A stretch of DNA of 64,000 bases, from NCBI GenBank assembly GCA_963842085.1, contig CAWJET010000002.1, forward strand, positions 1,344,001 to 1,408,000, given 5' to 3'. The first letter of the stretch is position 1, and each line of letters begins with the position of its first letter. The translations under genes were made by a program, and so were the position numbers. The DNA comes from an uncultured delta proteobacterium (GTDB lineage Bacteria > Desulfobacterota > Binatia > Binatales > Binataceae). Shown in pieces: positions 1 through 10,600 of this stretch. The notes under the pieces were generated by a model. It was not told where the DNA came from, searched no databases, and saw only the letters and a program-made list of their open reading frames with translations.

Positions 1-326
1 ATCGCAGCGCCGCCGAGCACGCCAGACACCGTCATCATCGTGAGGGCAGTCCATGCGACCGCGGCGACGTTGCCTTGCTCGTCGGCGCCCAACGCCTCGG
101 CTATGAGCTTGGTCGCGGCGCTACCCAGGCCTAGGTCGAAGACGCCGAGATAACCGACCACCAGCCACGCGAGCGTCATCACCCCGTACCGCTCGTAGCC
201 GAGACGATGCACGAGAATCGGAATCGCGACCAGCGCGACCAGGAAGGGCGCGGCTTGTCCCAGCAGGTTCAGGACCGTGTTGCGCGCAAGCAGGCGGCCG
301 CCGGTGAGGTCAGAGGATTGACTCAT
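1..326 (-). CDS. wzx: Wzx-type oligosaccharide flippase (5' part; runs off window start)
   Basis: Own translation from ATG at 326: MSQSSDLTGGRLLARNTVLNLLGQAAPFLVALVAIPILVHRLGYERYGVMTLAWLVVGYLGVFDLGLG, a typical flippase N-terminus; polysaccharide-locus context. Confidence 0.85.
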   Translation of the reverse strand, partial: MSQSSDLTGGRLLARNTVLNLLGQAAPFLVALVAIPILVHRLGYERYGVMTLAWLVVGYLGVFDLGLGSAATKLIAEALGADEQGNVAAVAWTALTMMTVSGVLGGAA

Positions 327-365
327 CGCGTTGAACCCGATCCGGCAGCGGAGGAGGTCGCCATG

Positions 366-1289
366 TTATTCTAGGCGCTCGCTTGCGAGAGATTCGCGCG
401 AACGCCACCACTCGATCGTCTGAGCCACTCCATCGCCGAGCTGCCACCGCTGCCGAAAACCGACCTCATCGCGCAGGCGACGGATATCGGCGACGACACG
501 CGGCGAGTCGCCGGGCGCAGCAGCGATCGCTCCGAACTCGAGCATCGCGCGCGGCGCACCGACCGCGTCTGCAATCTTCTCTACGAGCGTGCGGACAGAG
601 ATTTCCTGGCCCGACGCGATATTCACGATCCCCTCGACTTCTCCGTCGAGGATCGCCGCGAACGCCGACGCGACGTCGGCGACGTGCAGGTAGTCGCGAA
701 GCTGGCGTCCGTGGGTGCAGCGCGCCGGCTTGTCGCGCAGGAGCGACTCGATCACCGATGGCACCAGGCGCGACGGATGCTCGCCCGGACCGTAAAGGTA
801 GAAGATTCTTCCCCACGCTGTGCTGAGATCGGCCGGCGGGTGCCTCACAATTTCGGACAGGGCAAGCTTGCATGCGCCGTAGCGAGTGGTAGGAGCGCTT
901 CGCGTGTCCGTTTCCGAGCACACGCCCGCCGAATGATCGTATTCAAAGCAGCTGCCGGCGAAGACCGCGCGGCGGCCGCCAGCCGCGGCGAATGCGCGCA
1001 GCAGATCAATTCCCGCGCGACACCAGAGGTAGTTCTGTTCCGACATCTGGTACTTGCCCGGCTCTGCGTACCACGCAAGGTGAAGCAGATGGGTCGGCCT
1101 AGCCCACTCGAGCACCTGCCTCATGGCCGGTTCATTCAGAAGATCCGCACGATGCCACTTTACGCCACTTGCGGGCGCTGGCTGGCCGCGATTTGCCACG
1201 GCATGCACCTCGTAGCCGCGCTCGACAAGAAACGGCAACACGTGGCTTCCGATCCATCCCGATGCCCCAGTTACCATCACCCGCTTCAT
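366..1289 (-). CDS. NAD-dependent epimerase/dehydratase (extended SDR), probable nucleotide-sugar 4-reductase
   Basis: TGASGWIG Rossmann motif, YGACK (YxxxK), RDYLHVAD; start MKRVMV at 1289 overlaps upstream stop (ATGA). Confidence 0.88.
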   Translation of the reverse strand: MKRVMVTGASGWIGSHVLPFLVERGYEVHAVANRGQPAPASGVKWHRADLLNEPAMRQVLEWARPTHLLHLAWYAEPGKYQMSEQNYLWCRAGIDLLRAFAAAGGRRAVFAGSCFEYDHSAGVCSETDTRSAPTTRYGACKLALSEIVRHPPADLSTAWGRIFYLYGPGEHPSRLVPSVIESLLRDKPARCTHGRQLRDYLHVADVASAFAAILDGEVEGIVNIASGQEISVRTLVEKIADAVGAPRAMLEFGAIAAAPGDSPRVVADIRRLRDEVGFRQRWQLGDGVAQTIEWWRSRESLASERLE

Positions 1290-1816
1290 GGCACGAAATC
1301 CGGGTGTGCGCGATCGCGTTCGGAGATCACCGACGGCTCGAATGGCCATCGGATGCCGAAGGCGCCATCGTTCCATCTAACGCCGCGCTCAGCCTCGGGC
1401 GCATGGCACGCGGATACCTGGTAGAAGACTTCGGTCCCGTCCGCGAGTGTAAGATAGCCGTGGGCACATCCCTCCGGCACATAGAGCATCCTGCGGTTGG
1501 CCGCGGTCAGCTCGACGCCGTACCAGCGGCAGTACGCGGCAGACACGGGCCTGAGGTCGACGATTACATCGAAGATCTCGCCTGCGGTGCATCTGACCAG
1601 CTTCGCTTCGGCCTGCGGTGCCAGTTGGTAATGCATCCCGCGCAGTGTTCCTCGAACGTGGTTGTATGAGATGTTGCACTGCACGACCGCGGGATTGATA
1701 CCGTGCGTCTCGAATTCGCGCGCGCAGAAGGAGCGCGCAAAGAAGCCGCGCGAATCGGTCCGCTGCTCCAGATCGATAACCCAGGCTCCCGGAATGTCGG
1801 TTTCGTGAAAAATCAC
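1286..1816 (-). CDS. rfbC: dTDP-4-dehydrorhamnose 3,5-epimerase family (RfbC/RmlC cupin)
   Basis: DSRGFFAR, GTLRGMHYQ, YVPEGCAHGY motifs; GTG start at 1816 overlaps rfbG stop. Confidence 0.9.
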   Translation of the reverse strand: MIFHETDIPGAWVIDLEQRTDSRGFFARSFCAREFETHGINPAVVQCNISYNHVRGTLRGMHYQLAPQAEAKLVRCTAGEIFDVIVDLRPVSAAYCRWYGVELTAANRRMLYVPEGCAHGYLTLADGTEVFYQVSACHAPEAERGVRWNDGAFGIRWPFEPSVISERDRAHPDFVP

Positions 1817-2928
1817 GGCGACACTCCGTTCGTGCCGCGGCGCGCGTCGGGCGCCGCAGTCTCGGCGACTTGGCAATAGTGCCGGATCTGTTCGACGCTG
1901 AGGTCGTAAAGGCGCGGTCCGCGTAGAGCCAGCGCGGTGCGGTACCATTCGATGGTGAGATCAACGGCCTCGCGCAGCGAAAGCCGAGGGCGCCAACCGA
2001 GCCGCGTGCGTGCCTTGGCGGTCGCGAGCCGCAGCATCCGCGCCTCGGCGGGCCCGTCGGCGGCTGGCTGGATGCGCCATCGCGCGCCACCCCACGCATC
2101 GCTCATAATCTCGACGAGCTGCGCAACCGTCGCAGTGGCGGAGTCTTCTGGGCCGAAATTCCACGCACCGGAGAATTTCCGGCCGCGCTCGATCAGTGCG
2201 CGGGCAAGCGCAAGGTACCCCGATAGCGGCTCGAGCACGTGCTGCCACGGCCGAATCGCGCCGGGATTGCGGACCATCAGGATTTGATCGTGTCCAAACG
2301 CTCGCATCGCGTCGGGGACAATCCGATCCTCGGCGAAATCACCGCCCCCGATCACGTTGCCCGCTCGGGCGGTCGCAAGCGCGACCGGAGGGTCGCGCCT
2401 TTCCAGGAACGAGCGGCGCCACGCGTGCGCAACGATCTCGGCGCAGCCCTTGCTCGCGCTATAGGGATCCGATCCACCAAGTCTGTCCCGTTCGTGAAAC
2501 GCGCGCGCGTTCTCTGGGTTCTCGTAGCACTTGTCGCTCGTCACCACGACCACCGCGCGCACCGACGGCGTGTACCGCACCGCCTCCAGCACGTTGGCTG
2601 TGCCGATCACATTGGTCTCAAGAGTCGCGATCGACTCGCAATAGGAGCGGCGCACGAGCGGCTGAGCCGCCAGATGAAAAACGATCTCCGGCTGAGTTTG
2701 CTCGAACGCTCCACGCAGGCGCTCGCGGTCGCGGATGTCGCCGATGCGCGAGTCAATCACTCCTTCAAGCTTGCACGCAGAGAAGATTCCGTCGGGCGAC
2801 TGTGGCGCAAGCGCATAGCCCGACACGTGAGCGCCGAGCTCGCGGAGCCACATCGCGAGCCAGCCTCCCTTGAAGCCGGTGTGGCCAGTTACCAGGACGC
2901 GGCGGCGTTTCCAGAATTGATCGACCAC
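1813..2928 (-). CDS. rfbG: CDP-glucose 4,6-dehydratase
   Basis: VLVTGHTGFKGGWL, HLAAQPLVR, TSDKCY, PYSASK, RPWQHVLEPLSGY. Confidence 0.95.
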   Translation of the reverse strand: MVDQFWKRRRVLVTGHTGFKGGWLAMWLRELGAHVSGYALAPQSPDGIFSACKLEGVIDSRIGDIRDRERLRGAFEQTQPEIVFHLAAQPLVRRSYCESIATLETNVIGTANVLEAVRYTPSVRAVVVVTSDKCYENPENARAFHERDRLGGSDPYSASKGCAEIVAHAWRRSFLERRDPPVALATARAGNVIGGGDFAEDRIVPDAMRAFGHDQILMVRNPGAIRPWQHVLEPLSGYLALARALIERGRKFSGAWNFGPEDSATATVAQLVEIMSDAWGGARWRIQPAADGPAEARMLRLATAKARTRLGWRPRLSLREAVDLTIEWYRTALALRGPRLYDLSVEQIRHYCQVAETAAPDARRGTNGVSP

Positions 2929-3702
2929 CTAGCTCCAGACCTTCCAGGGCGCGGCACCCGCATCCCATATCGCGTTAAGCTGCTGGGCCTCGCGATAAGT
3001 ATCCATGCACTGCCAAAAACCTTCGTGCTGATAAACCGAGAGCTCGTTGCGCTCGGCCAGGCGCGGGAGGAGCCCCGTCTCAAGCGTGTCGTTGTCACCC
3101 TGGATCAGGTCGAACACGCCGGGCTCGAAGACGAAAAACCCTCCGTTGATCCACCCCGAAGTGACCTGCGGCTTTTCCTGGAACAGCGTCACGCCACCGT
3201 CGCGAATGGCGAGCTCGCCGTAGCGCGACGAAGGGCGCACGGCGGTGACAGTCGCGAGCCGGCGTTGGTGCGAGTGATAGGCCACAAGTTGGGCGACATC
3301 CACGTTAGCCACTCCGTCGCCGTAGGTCGCCAGGAAGGCGGAGTCACCGACGTAGGACCGGATCTTGCGGATGCGGCCTCCGGTCATCGCCGATTGTCCG
3401 GTCTCCGCCAACGTCACACGCCATCCGGATTCCCCGTGGCCGTCGTGCACCTCCAGCTCGCGGGAGCCCAGCGTCACGGTAAAGTCGCGGTTGCGCAGCT
3501 CGTAGTTCAGAAAATAGTCGCGAATCACGTCGCCCTTGTAGCCCAAGCAAATCACGAAGTCGCTGAATCCATTCGCCGCATAGATCTTCATGATGTGCCA
3601 GAGAATCGGGCGCCCGCCGATCTCCACCATCGGCTTGGGCCGGAACTCGGTCTCTTCGCGAAGCCGCGTGCCGAGTCCGCCCGCCAAAATTACCACTTTC
3701 AT
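2929..3702 (-). CDS. rfbF: Glucose-1-phosphate cytidylyltransferase
   Basis: ILAGGLGTRL, PKPMVEIG, TYGDGV, WINGGFF, GFWQCMDT. Confidence 0.95.
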   Translation of the reverse strand: MKVVILAGGLGTRLREETEFRPKPMVEIGGRPILWHIMKIYAANGFSDFVICLGYKGDVIRDYFLNYELRNRDFTVTLGSRELEVHDGHGESGWRVTLAETGQSAMTGGRIRKIRSYVGDSAFLATYGDGVANVDVAQLVAYHSHQRRLATVTAVRPSSRYGELAIRDGGVTLFQEKPQVTSGWINGGFFVFEPGVFDLIQGDNDTLETGLLPRLAERNELSVYQHEGFWQCMDTYREAQQLNAIWDAGAAPWKVWS

Positions 3703-3928
3703 CGCGCCGGTGCCCTCAAACTTTTTCCGCCAGAAGGTCCGCTCTGCTTCGGCGACCGAACGAAATTCTCGCGGGCCTCAGTAAAACTCCCCTTAACCTC
3801 AGAACCAGCCGGACGAGGGCCACGCGGACTCAAGGAAAACGACTCTTGGCGCGCTATCGAATACCCACAAATCAAAGGAAATGTTTACTGAAGATCGAGA
3901 TCAGTATCAGCTCGACAGCTACTAACTA

Positions 3929-6781
3929 TCACGGCAATTTGTCGGCGCTGCCCGCCCCCATAGCCGCCGTACCACTCTGCGCACGCCCAGCAGCCAGCTT
4001 CTTCTGAAACGCTGCGTAGCTGTCGCGCACCTCGATGTCGTTCGGGGCAAGCGCGCGCGCGTGTAGGTAGTCGCGGTCGGCCGCAACGTATTCGTAGGCG
4101 CCGTCCTCGGCAACTGCCAGCTCAACCCACGCCCGGGGTTTCGTCGGATCGACTTCCGTGGCGCGGCGGAAGGTTTGAGATGCTCGCTCATAGTCGCGCG
4201 CCCCCAAGTAGAAAGAACCCAGGCGGAGGAGGTTGTCGTAGGTCGGCTCGTACTCGACCACTTTCACCAAGGCCGCGCGCTCCTTATCGGGTTGCCCCGA
4301 GGCCTCTGCCACTTGCGCGAACGCTGCATACAGAGGTACCGGGTCGACGCCCGCATCCAGCCCTTCCCTAAGGACGCTCTCTGCGCCAGACGTGTCCTTC
4401 CGCACGGCAAACACCTCGGTCAGTAGCGCAGAATACGGCTCCGGGTCTTCTGGGCGAAAGTCGCGGACCTCCTCAAAGCAGTGGCGCGCGTGGTCAAGTT
4501 GTCCCGCGCTCGCATAGGTCTGCCCAGCTCCCATCAGAAGTTGCGCACGACGATTTGGATCCTGCTCGGAGGCTGCGCCGCGCTCGTAAACCTGCGCCGC
4601 CTCCAGAGAGCGCCCGGTGCTCAGGTAGAAGGAACCAAGGCTGCCGATCGCTTCGGAGTATCCGCGCGCCGTCGCTTCGAGGAGACCCTGTTCGATGGCC
4701 CCGCGATCGGGCGTCGCCAAGTAGGGCATTACCCGAGGGTTGAGATAGATGTGGCTGCTGGAGCTGGGCGCCCGCATCACCGAGATCGTAATCTGATTAA
4801 GGGCCTGAGCGATGCGCCCATCGTCGGCCAGGCTACTGGCGTAGAGGTCGCGTGCGAACGGATTGCGCGGATCGATCCATACTGCGCGCGAAATCTCGGC
4901 GAGCCCAATAGGCGAGTTCCCGTACCACGACGCCAAGGCGAGGTGCAGTCCGGCGTTGGCCGGATGCAGCAACACCATCGTGCGCGCAGCATCAAACGTC
5001 CGAGGTGGCGGATAGTAGGGATAAACGACGCTGCCCTGGAGCGTCGACGCGACCGCGAGGATCACTGCGGCCGCAGCGGCATAGGGACCAGCGCCTCGAA
5101 CAAAAAGGCGGGCGCGGATCGCGGACTCAGTTTCCGGGGCGCCGGCGACCGCGATCCTCACCAACAATGCTGCGTAGATCGTGAACAGAAATCCGATCGC
5201 CGCAGTCGTGAGGCTGAAATCAAACAGCTCGTGGAATCCTTCCACCGACATTCCGGCCACCAGAGCGGCCAGCGTCAGCTGCGCGCGCGGCGAAACGCGG
5301 TTCCATCGCTTCGATATCACCCGTGCGATTCGCCATACGATCATCGCGAATGCGGCACCGCCCAGGATTCCGAGCTCCGCGGCAGTTTGGATGTAGTCGT
5401 TGTGGGCGTTGCGCAAAAACTGCACAGGCCATGGACCTGTCTGATAGTGAGGGAACATCTCAGGCCACGATCCGAAGCCGACCCCAAGCAACGCATAGTC
5501 TCGGACCATTCGGAGCGTGTCGCGCCAGATATGCACGCGGAACCAAAAGTCGACTTCGCTGCCGACACTCTGGCCAACCCGGGTGTCGACCTGCCCCCGG
5601 CCGGCGGAACCGATGAGCGCCATCGACAGAGCGGCGACCGCAAGCGCCGCAAGCAGAAGCCTGGGCACCCAGGCGCGCGCACCATGGGCGCGCGCGCGGA
5701 ACACAGTGGGTGTTCTTATTCGACTAGCCAGCATCGCAAACAGTACGCAGGACAGGACTGCCCCAGCCCAGATTGCGCGCGATTCACTCAAAAGTATGGC
5801 GCACACCAGAACGACCAGCCCCGCGCTGCACAGAATCGGCACCGTCTCATCGCGTTCCCGCGCGCCGTCCGCTGCCAGCGCGCCCCAGCCCTGCGAGATG
5901 AACAGCGGTAGAGTCATCGCGAGATAGGCTGCAAAATGGTCGGGATCCACAAAAGGTCCCATCATGCGCGGGGGGTTCGGGTTTGGCGCACCCCAATCGA
6001 GCGGGACAAAGAACCACAGCACCTTGCCATTCCACGTGACCTGCTGCGCCAGGCCGATGACCGCAACGACAAATCCGCTGATCAGGATCACCGTCACGAG
6101 CAACCGGGTGAGTGGATCCTCGTCGCGCGGGGTCGCCTCGGGGGTGACCGGGTAGAGCGCCACAATCACGAAGAGCCCAAACGCCGCAAAAAGCTGCGGC
6201 GCGCTTGCAATCCCGAGCGGAGGCGCGAGCGACAATGGCCGCCACACAGTTCCATACCAGCCCGGGTCCGCCGGAGAGCGCCCCACCACCGGCGGCGAAA
6301 CCGCCCCACCGCTCCCGCGCTTCGAGGTGAATGGAACCGGCGCGCCACTCTTCACCTCGCTCTCGGTCGGCAATACGACCATTCGGGTCTCGGAGTTAGC
6401 AGACTGCGCCGGCTGGGCCTTCGGCCGGGCGTAGTCAACCGTTTTAGGCCAGCCGTCCAGCGCGTGCTGATAAAAATCGTATGCCCCTGGCGAAAGGACG
6501 TGCAGAAGCGACGGCGGCAAAGGTGCCAGCTGGAAACTGATGAGCAGCACCAGTACCGCAGCGGGCGCGGCGATGCTCAGCACCGCCGCTGCACCTTTGA
6601 TCGCCGGCTGCGCCGCGCGCATCCGCAAGAACGTCGCCGCTAGCATGGCGAAGACCGCGGTTTCGGCGGTGCGATACGCCCAGGGATGAACCGTCCCGAA
6701 GCACAGGGGCGTGACAAGGATCAGAAGGACCAGCCCCCCGATAACGGCACGGTCGGTCAAATTAATCAGCTTGGTGCGCAC
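3929..6781 (-). CDS. O-antigen ligase/Wzy-like membrane protein fused to C-terminal TPR repeats
   Basis: Many TM segments, GPFVDPDHF, LSESRA, R..IW...GVGFGSW...AHNDY (Wzy_C), followed by TPR-like helical repeats. Confidence 0.85.
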   Translation of the reverse strand: MRTKLINLTDRAVIGGLVLLILVTPLCFGTVHPWAYRTAETAVFAMLAATFLRMRAAQPAIKGAAAVLSIAAPAAVLVLLISFQLAPLPPSLLHVLSPGAYDFYQHALDGWPKTVDYARPKAQPAQSANSETRMVVLPTESEVKSGAPVPFTSKRGSGGAVSPPVVGRSPADPGWYGTVWRPLSLAPPLGIASAPQLFAAFGLFVIVALYPVTPEATPRDEDPLTRLLVTVILISGFVVAVIGLAQQVTWNGKVLWFFVPLDWGAPNPNPPRMMGPFVDPDHFAAYLAMTLPLFISQGWGALAADGARERDETVPILCSAGLVVLVCAILLSESRAIWAGAVLSCVLFAMLASRIRTPTVFRARAHGARAWVPRLLLAALAVAALSMALIGSAGRGQVDTRVGQSVGSEVDFWFRVHIWRDTLRMVRDYALLGVGFGSWPEMFPHYQTGPWPVQFLRNAHNDYIQTAAELGILGGAAFAMIVWRIARVISKRWNRVSPRAQLTLAALVAGMSVEGFHELFDFSLTTAAIGFLFTIYAALLVRIAVAGAPETESAIRARLFVRGAGPYAAAAAVILAVASTLQGSVVYPYYPPPRTFDAARTMVLLHPANAGLHLALASWYGNSPIGLAEISRAVWIDPRNPFARDLYASSLADDGRIAQALNQITISVMRAPSSSSHIYLNPRVMPYLATPDRGAIEQGLLEATARGYSEAIGSLGSFYLSTGRSLEAAQVYERGAASEQDPNRRAQLLMGAGQTYASAGQLDHARHCFEEVRDFRPEDPEPYSALLTEVFAVRKDTSGAESVLREGLDAGVDPVPLYAAFAQVAEASGQPDKERAALVKVVEYEPTYDNLLRLGSFYLGARDYERASQTFRRATEVDPTKPRAWVELAVAEDGAYEYVAADRDYLHARALAPNDIEVRDSYAAFQKKLAAGRAQSGTAAMGAGSADKLP

Positions 6782-6851
6782 GCAGTCGCAAACCTATGCG
6801 GACGCGCATCGCTACAGAGATTGTAGACGAGCGAAGCGGTGAGGAGCCCGC

Positions 6852-9230
6852 CTAGTTGCCGTCGTTCGCGCGCTTGGGACCGGCGCCAGCTGGCGAAGCG
6901 TCCTCGAACGATGCTTCCTCGGCGTCTACGCGATCGAAACCCTGGTAGTATCCTTGGTAGGCCTTTGAGTAATAGTGCGGGAAATCGGCTTTGTGCAGCC
7001 GCACCTTGTTGAGTACGACGCCCAGGATCTTGGCGTTCGCGTACTCCAGGCGGCCCAGCGCCGCGGCGACCTGCTGGCGGGGCGTGTGCCCCCCCGCCGT
7101 AACCAGCACCACCCCGTCAACTACTTGAGCAAGATCCAGCGGGTCGCTCACCAGCATCACCGGCGACGAGTCGACGATGATGTAGTCATACGTTTCAGAA
7201 AGTTCCAGAAGGAATTGCTTCATCCGCGCCGAACCGAGCAGCTCGCTTGGGTTCGGAGGAATCCTCCCGCAACCCAGAAAAAATAGATTTTCGACCGAGG
7301 TCGGCTGCAGCAGCTCCGTTCCGCCCGTCCCGGTCAGCGCCTCGCTCAGCCCCGCCCCGTTTTTCAAACCAAGTAAACGATGGCACCGGGGGCGCCGCAT
7401 GTCCGCGTCGATTATCAAGACTTTCGAGCCGGTGTGCGCGAACACCGAGGCGGTGTTGACGGTAACCGTGGTCTTTCCTTCGCCGGGAACGGCACTGGTG
7501 AACATGGTCACCTTGGGTGGCGCCCCCGCCCGCGATAGCCGCAGAGCGGTGCGAAGCTGGCGAAAGGACTCGCCCAGCACGGAGTATTTCCCGTAGGTCG
7601 CGACCAGGTCCCGTCCGTGCGCGCCATCGGCGGGCAACTCGGCCGCCGGGGGCTTTGCCAGGTATCCCGCGTTGTAGCGCGCGCCGAGGGAGATGGCGCT
7701 GTTGAAGTCAGGTATCATCGCCAGACCCGGAAGCTTCAGATAGCGTTCCAGCTCTTCGGTGGTCTTGAGGGTATTGTCGAGCCGTTCGATGAACAGCGCT
7801 CCGCAAATCCCCAATAGCAATCCCAGCGCCGCCGCGGCTACCAGGTCGCGTTTGGTGCGTGGGCTCGACGGACCAAGCGGCGGTTGCGCCGCGTCTACGA
7901 TCGAAACATTGGAGGTATGCGAGTCCGCGACGACGGTCAGGTTCTTCATCCGCTTGAGCACGGCGCTGTAAAGCTCGCGGTTGGTTTCGGCCTCGCGCTC
8001 AAGCATCACGTATTTGATCGCGGCGTCGTTGAGCCCCAGCGCAAACGTCTTCTGCTTGTCGAGCTCCCCGGCGATCGCTCCTTCGCTCTTGAGCGCTGCC
8101 TGATATTCCTCGTTTACACTCGCGACCGCGGTCTTGAGTTCGCGATCCAGAACCGCGCGCGTCCCGTCGATCTTTTCGCGAAGCTCTCGCATTTCGGGAT
8201 AGTCATCGGTGTACTCGCCGCGCATACTGGCGTAGCGCGATTCGAGCTGGTCAAGGTCACCTTTCAATCCCTGGATAACCTTGTTGTCCATTACTTGGGG
8301 AAGAGCATCAGTGCGGCCGGCCTTTACGAGCTCGAGCTGGGTGCCCAAGTTGATGGTCTTGAGGTGCGCTTCCTGAAGGTCACGGTTGAGTTTGTTGAGC
8401 TGCTCGACCACCACATCCTGGTTGCCGTTGAGCGAGATCAGGCCTGGGACGATACCCTTGTCACGCCGGTAGTTGTTGAGCGCCAACTCCGATTGCTCGA
8501 CGCGCTGCTTGAGTTCGTCGAGCTTACCGGCCAGAAATCGCTGAGCCTCATCACTCGCTTGGGCGTTGAGCTCGATTCCCTGCCGAATGAATGCGCGGGC
8601 GTGGGCATTCGCCATTCGCGCTGACAACTTCGGATCCGAGGTCGTGAATTCGACCCGCACCAGCTGCGTGTTTTCGATGGGCTCGACCCGCAGCGCACCC
8701 AAGTACCACTGGACCACAGAACTTGGAACGCTGTCCGCCAGTGGATCGTCGTCCAACGCAGGTGTAACGGGCTTGGCCGCCAGGCTTGGAAACCACCGGG
8801 ACAACCACGATGTGGAGGCGTGCGAGGACGGGGCCTGCAGCTTAATTAATCCTTGGTCGAGAATCACCCGGGTTGCGAGGCTGCTTGACTTGAGCAGCTC
8901 GTCCTGCGTGTCATCGTACGGTTCCTGAGACGAATCCTGCGCCGAGGAAAGGCTTTCGTCCTGGAATACCCGCGACGGGGCATAGCGTACGAGTAGCGTG
9001 GTGCTGGCGGTGTAAGTCGGCTCCGCCATCAAATCGTGCATAAGCGTGAGACCTACACATACAGCCGCGATCACAAGCACCAGCCGCAGGTGCTTGTGCA
9101 CGATGCGACGATATTCGTGAAACTCAACCCACCCCTCGTGACCCCCATTGCGCGCTGAGCGGTGCACGAAATGCGCTTCCACGACCTGCGGACGCTCGTC
9201 ACCCGGTTCCAACATTGTGACTTGTCGCAT
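6852..9230 (-). CDS. wzc: Polysaccharide co-polymerase / tyrosine autokinase (Wzc/GumC)
   Basis: Two TM segments flanking a coiled coil, Walker A GEGKT, IIDADMRRP, Walker B YIIVDSSP, C-terminal Tyr cluster HYYSKAYQGYYQG. Confidence 0.93.
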   Translation of the reverse strand: MRQVTMLEPGDERPQVVEAHFVHRSARNGGHEGWVEFHEYRRIVHKHLRLVLVIAAVCVGLTLMHDLMAEPTYTASTTLLVRYAPSRVFQDESLSSAQDSSQEPYDDTQDELLKSSSLATRVILDQGLIKLQAPSSHASTSWLSRWFPSLAAKPVTPALDDDPLADSVPSSVVQWYLGALRVEPIENTQLVRVEFTTSDPKLSARMANAHARAFIRQGIELNAQASDEAQRFLAGKLDELKQRVEQSELALNNYRRDKGIVPGLISLNGNQDVVVEQLNKLNRDLQEAHLKTINLGTQLELVKAGRTDALPQVMDNKVIQGLKGDLDQLESRYASMRGEYTDDYPEMRELREKIDGTRAVLDRELKTAVASVNEEYQAALKSEGAIAGELDKQKTFALGLNDAAIKYVMLEREAETNRELYSAVLKRMKNLTVVADSHTSNVSIVDAAQPPLGPSSPRTKRDLVAAAALGLLLGICGALFIERLDNTLKTTEELERYLKLPGLAMIPDFNSAISLGARYNAGYLAKPPAAELPADGAHGRDLVATYGKYSVLGESFRQLRTALRLSRAGAPPKVTMFTSAVPGEGKTTVTVNTASVFAHTGSKVLIIDADMRRPRCHRLLGLKNGAGLSEALTGTGGTELLQPTSVENLFFLGCGRIPPNPSELLGSARMKQFLLELSETYDYIIVDSSPVMLVSDPLDLAQVVDGVVLVTAGGHTPRQQVAAALGRLEYANAKILGVVLNKVRLHKADFPHYYSKAYQGYYQGFDRVDAEEASFEDASPAGAGPKRANDGN

Positions 9231-10501
9231 CAGAATCCACTCATGATCGCCGCGGTCGGGCCCATCGTAACTATCCCCTGCGCCGCGAGGTAGATGGCGT
9301 ATCCCGGAATTTTCACCGCCGAATATCCAACTTCCACAACGTCGTTCGCTTGCAGCGCGACGTCGGGTGCCTCACCTTGCTGAACTGCCGCCAGATTTAC
9401 GTGGATTACTTTGGTCTGGTCACCCGGTTCGCGCCGCATGATCTTCACTGTGGTCGGATCTGCCGCGTACAACATACCTCCGGCCGCGGAAACAGCACCC
9501 AGCGCCGTCAAACCGTGAGTCACCGGAAGCACCGTGGGCTTATATACCCAGCCAATCACCGAAGTCTGGCCCGCAAGTGGCACATACAGAGTATCGCCAG
9601 GCCGTACCTGGAGATTGACATATTTCCGATAGGGCGAACTACCGTCCAAAGTGATCGCATAGGCCGAGCCGCCGTCGAATTCGTCGTCGGAGGGCGGCTG
9701 CAACAACGGGGTATAATCGCCTTTCAGAGCCGTGTTGGTGACGACACCCGAAAGCTGTGCGTTTGAATTGTCGACAGCACCGAGTGCAGTGGTCGGAACT
9801 TCAGGCGGCTCGGGCACCGCCGTGCCATTCGCGCCCTGCTGCGCGAGCGAGTAACTGTTCGAGCCTGGCCGCGCGGGGGTGAGCAGCACCTCATGCGCCG
9901 CGTTATCGGAAAGCCCTCCAGCTCGTTCGATCAGATCACGAACGGTGTCATTTGGGCCGTTGAGGACGTAAAGCCCCGGGGTGCGTACAGCTCCCATCAC
10001 CCCCACCACCCTGCTGGAATAGGTCTTCACCAGCAGATTGATTTCCGGATGGTACACATACTTGTGGAGCGCGTTAGCCAGCTGATCGATGATCTCCGGT
10101 TCCGTAAGTCCCGCAGCGTGGAGCGATCCCACCAGTGGAAGCATGATGTTGCCCTTTCCGTCGACGCGCACGGTACGGTCCGCCAGTTCCTTTACGTTCG
10201 GCACCGAAATTTGCAGCACGTCGCCCGGTCCGATTGTCAAATCCTTCTGTTCCGTCGCGCGTTGCTGCCAGAGCTTGTCAAGTTCTGTATCCGATTGTGC
10301 GGCGGGAAGCTGCGCTGCTGAAGGTGAGCCCGCGGCGGCGGGCGCCGGTGGCTCCTGCGATGCGCACCCGGCGAGCGCCGCGGCAAGTAAGGCCAGCAGC
10401 GCCACCTGAAACCTGGGAACGCCGCCGAGACGAGGTGCTATTGCAGTCCGAGTCAAACCGAGCCCACCCGTTGCCGATCGCATTCTCTCAGCGCAGCGCA
10501 T
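9230..10501 (-). CDS. wza: Polysaccharide export lipoprotein (Wza, SLBB domains); true start possibly downstream
   Basis: LAGC lipobox, IGPGDVL, G.I.LPLVG, GAVRTPGLY, SLBB repeats. Confidence 0.88.
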   Translation of the reverse strand: MRCAERMRSATGGLGLTRTAIAPRLGGVPRFQVALLALLAAALAGCASQEPPAPAAAGSPSAAQLPAAQSDTELDKLWQQRATEQKDLTIGPGDVLQISVPNVKELADRTVRVDGKGNIMLPLVGSLHAAGLTEPEIIDQLANALHKYVYHPEINLLVKTYSSRVVGVMGAVRTPGLYVLNGPNDTVRDLIERAGGLSDNAAHEVLLTPARPGSNSYSLAQQGANGTAVPEPPEVPTTALGAVDNSNAQLSGVVTNTALKGDYTPLLQPPSDDEFDGGSAYAITLDGSSPYRKYVNLQVRPGDTLYVPLAGQTSVIGWVYKPTVLPVTHGLTALGAVSAAGGMLYAADPTTVKIMRREPGDQTKVIHVNLAAVQQGEAPDVALQANDVVEVGYSAVKIPGYAIYLAAQGIVTMGPTAAIMSGF

Positions 10502-10600
10502 GGATCGAACCTCTTTGTAAATCGCATGATCCCGCGACGCTCAAACAAGTCACCTTAAGCCCTGTGGGTTACGATACTAACTCTGCGTTCAAGCGGAAAA

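Noticed and set aside
2239-3891. 550-aa plus-strand ORF and many similar long overlapping ORFs (e.g. 4481-5911, 28871-29941, 56466-57356)
   Set aside because: Antisense shadows of well-supported genes in high-GC DNA; no motifs
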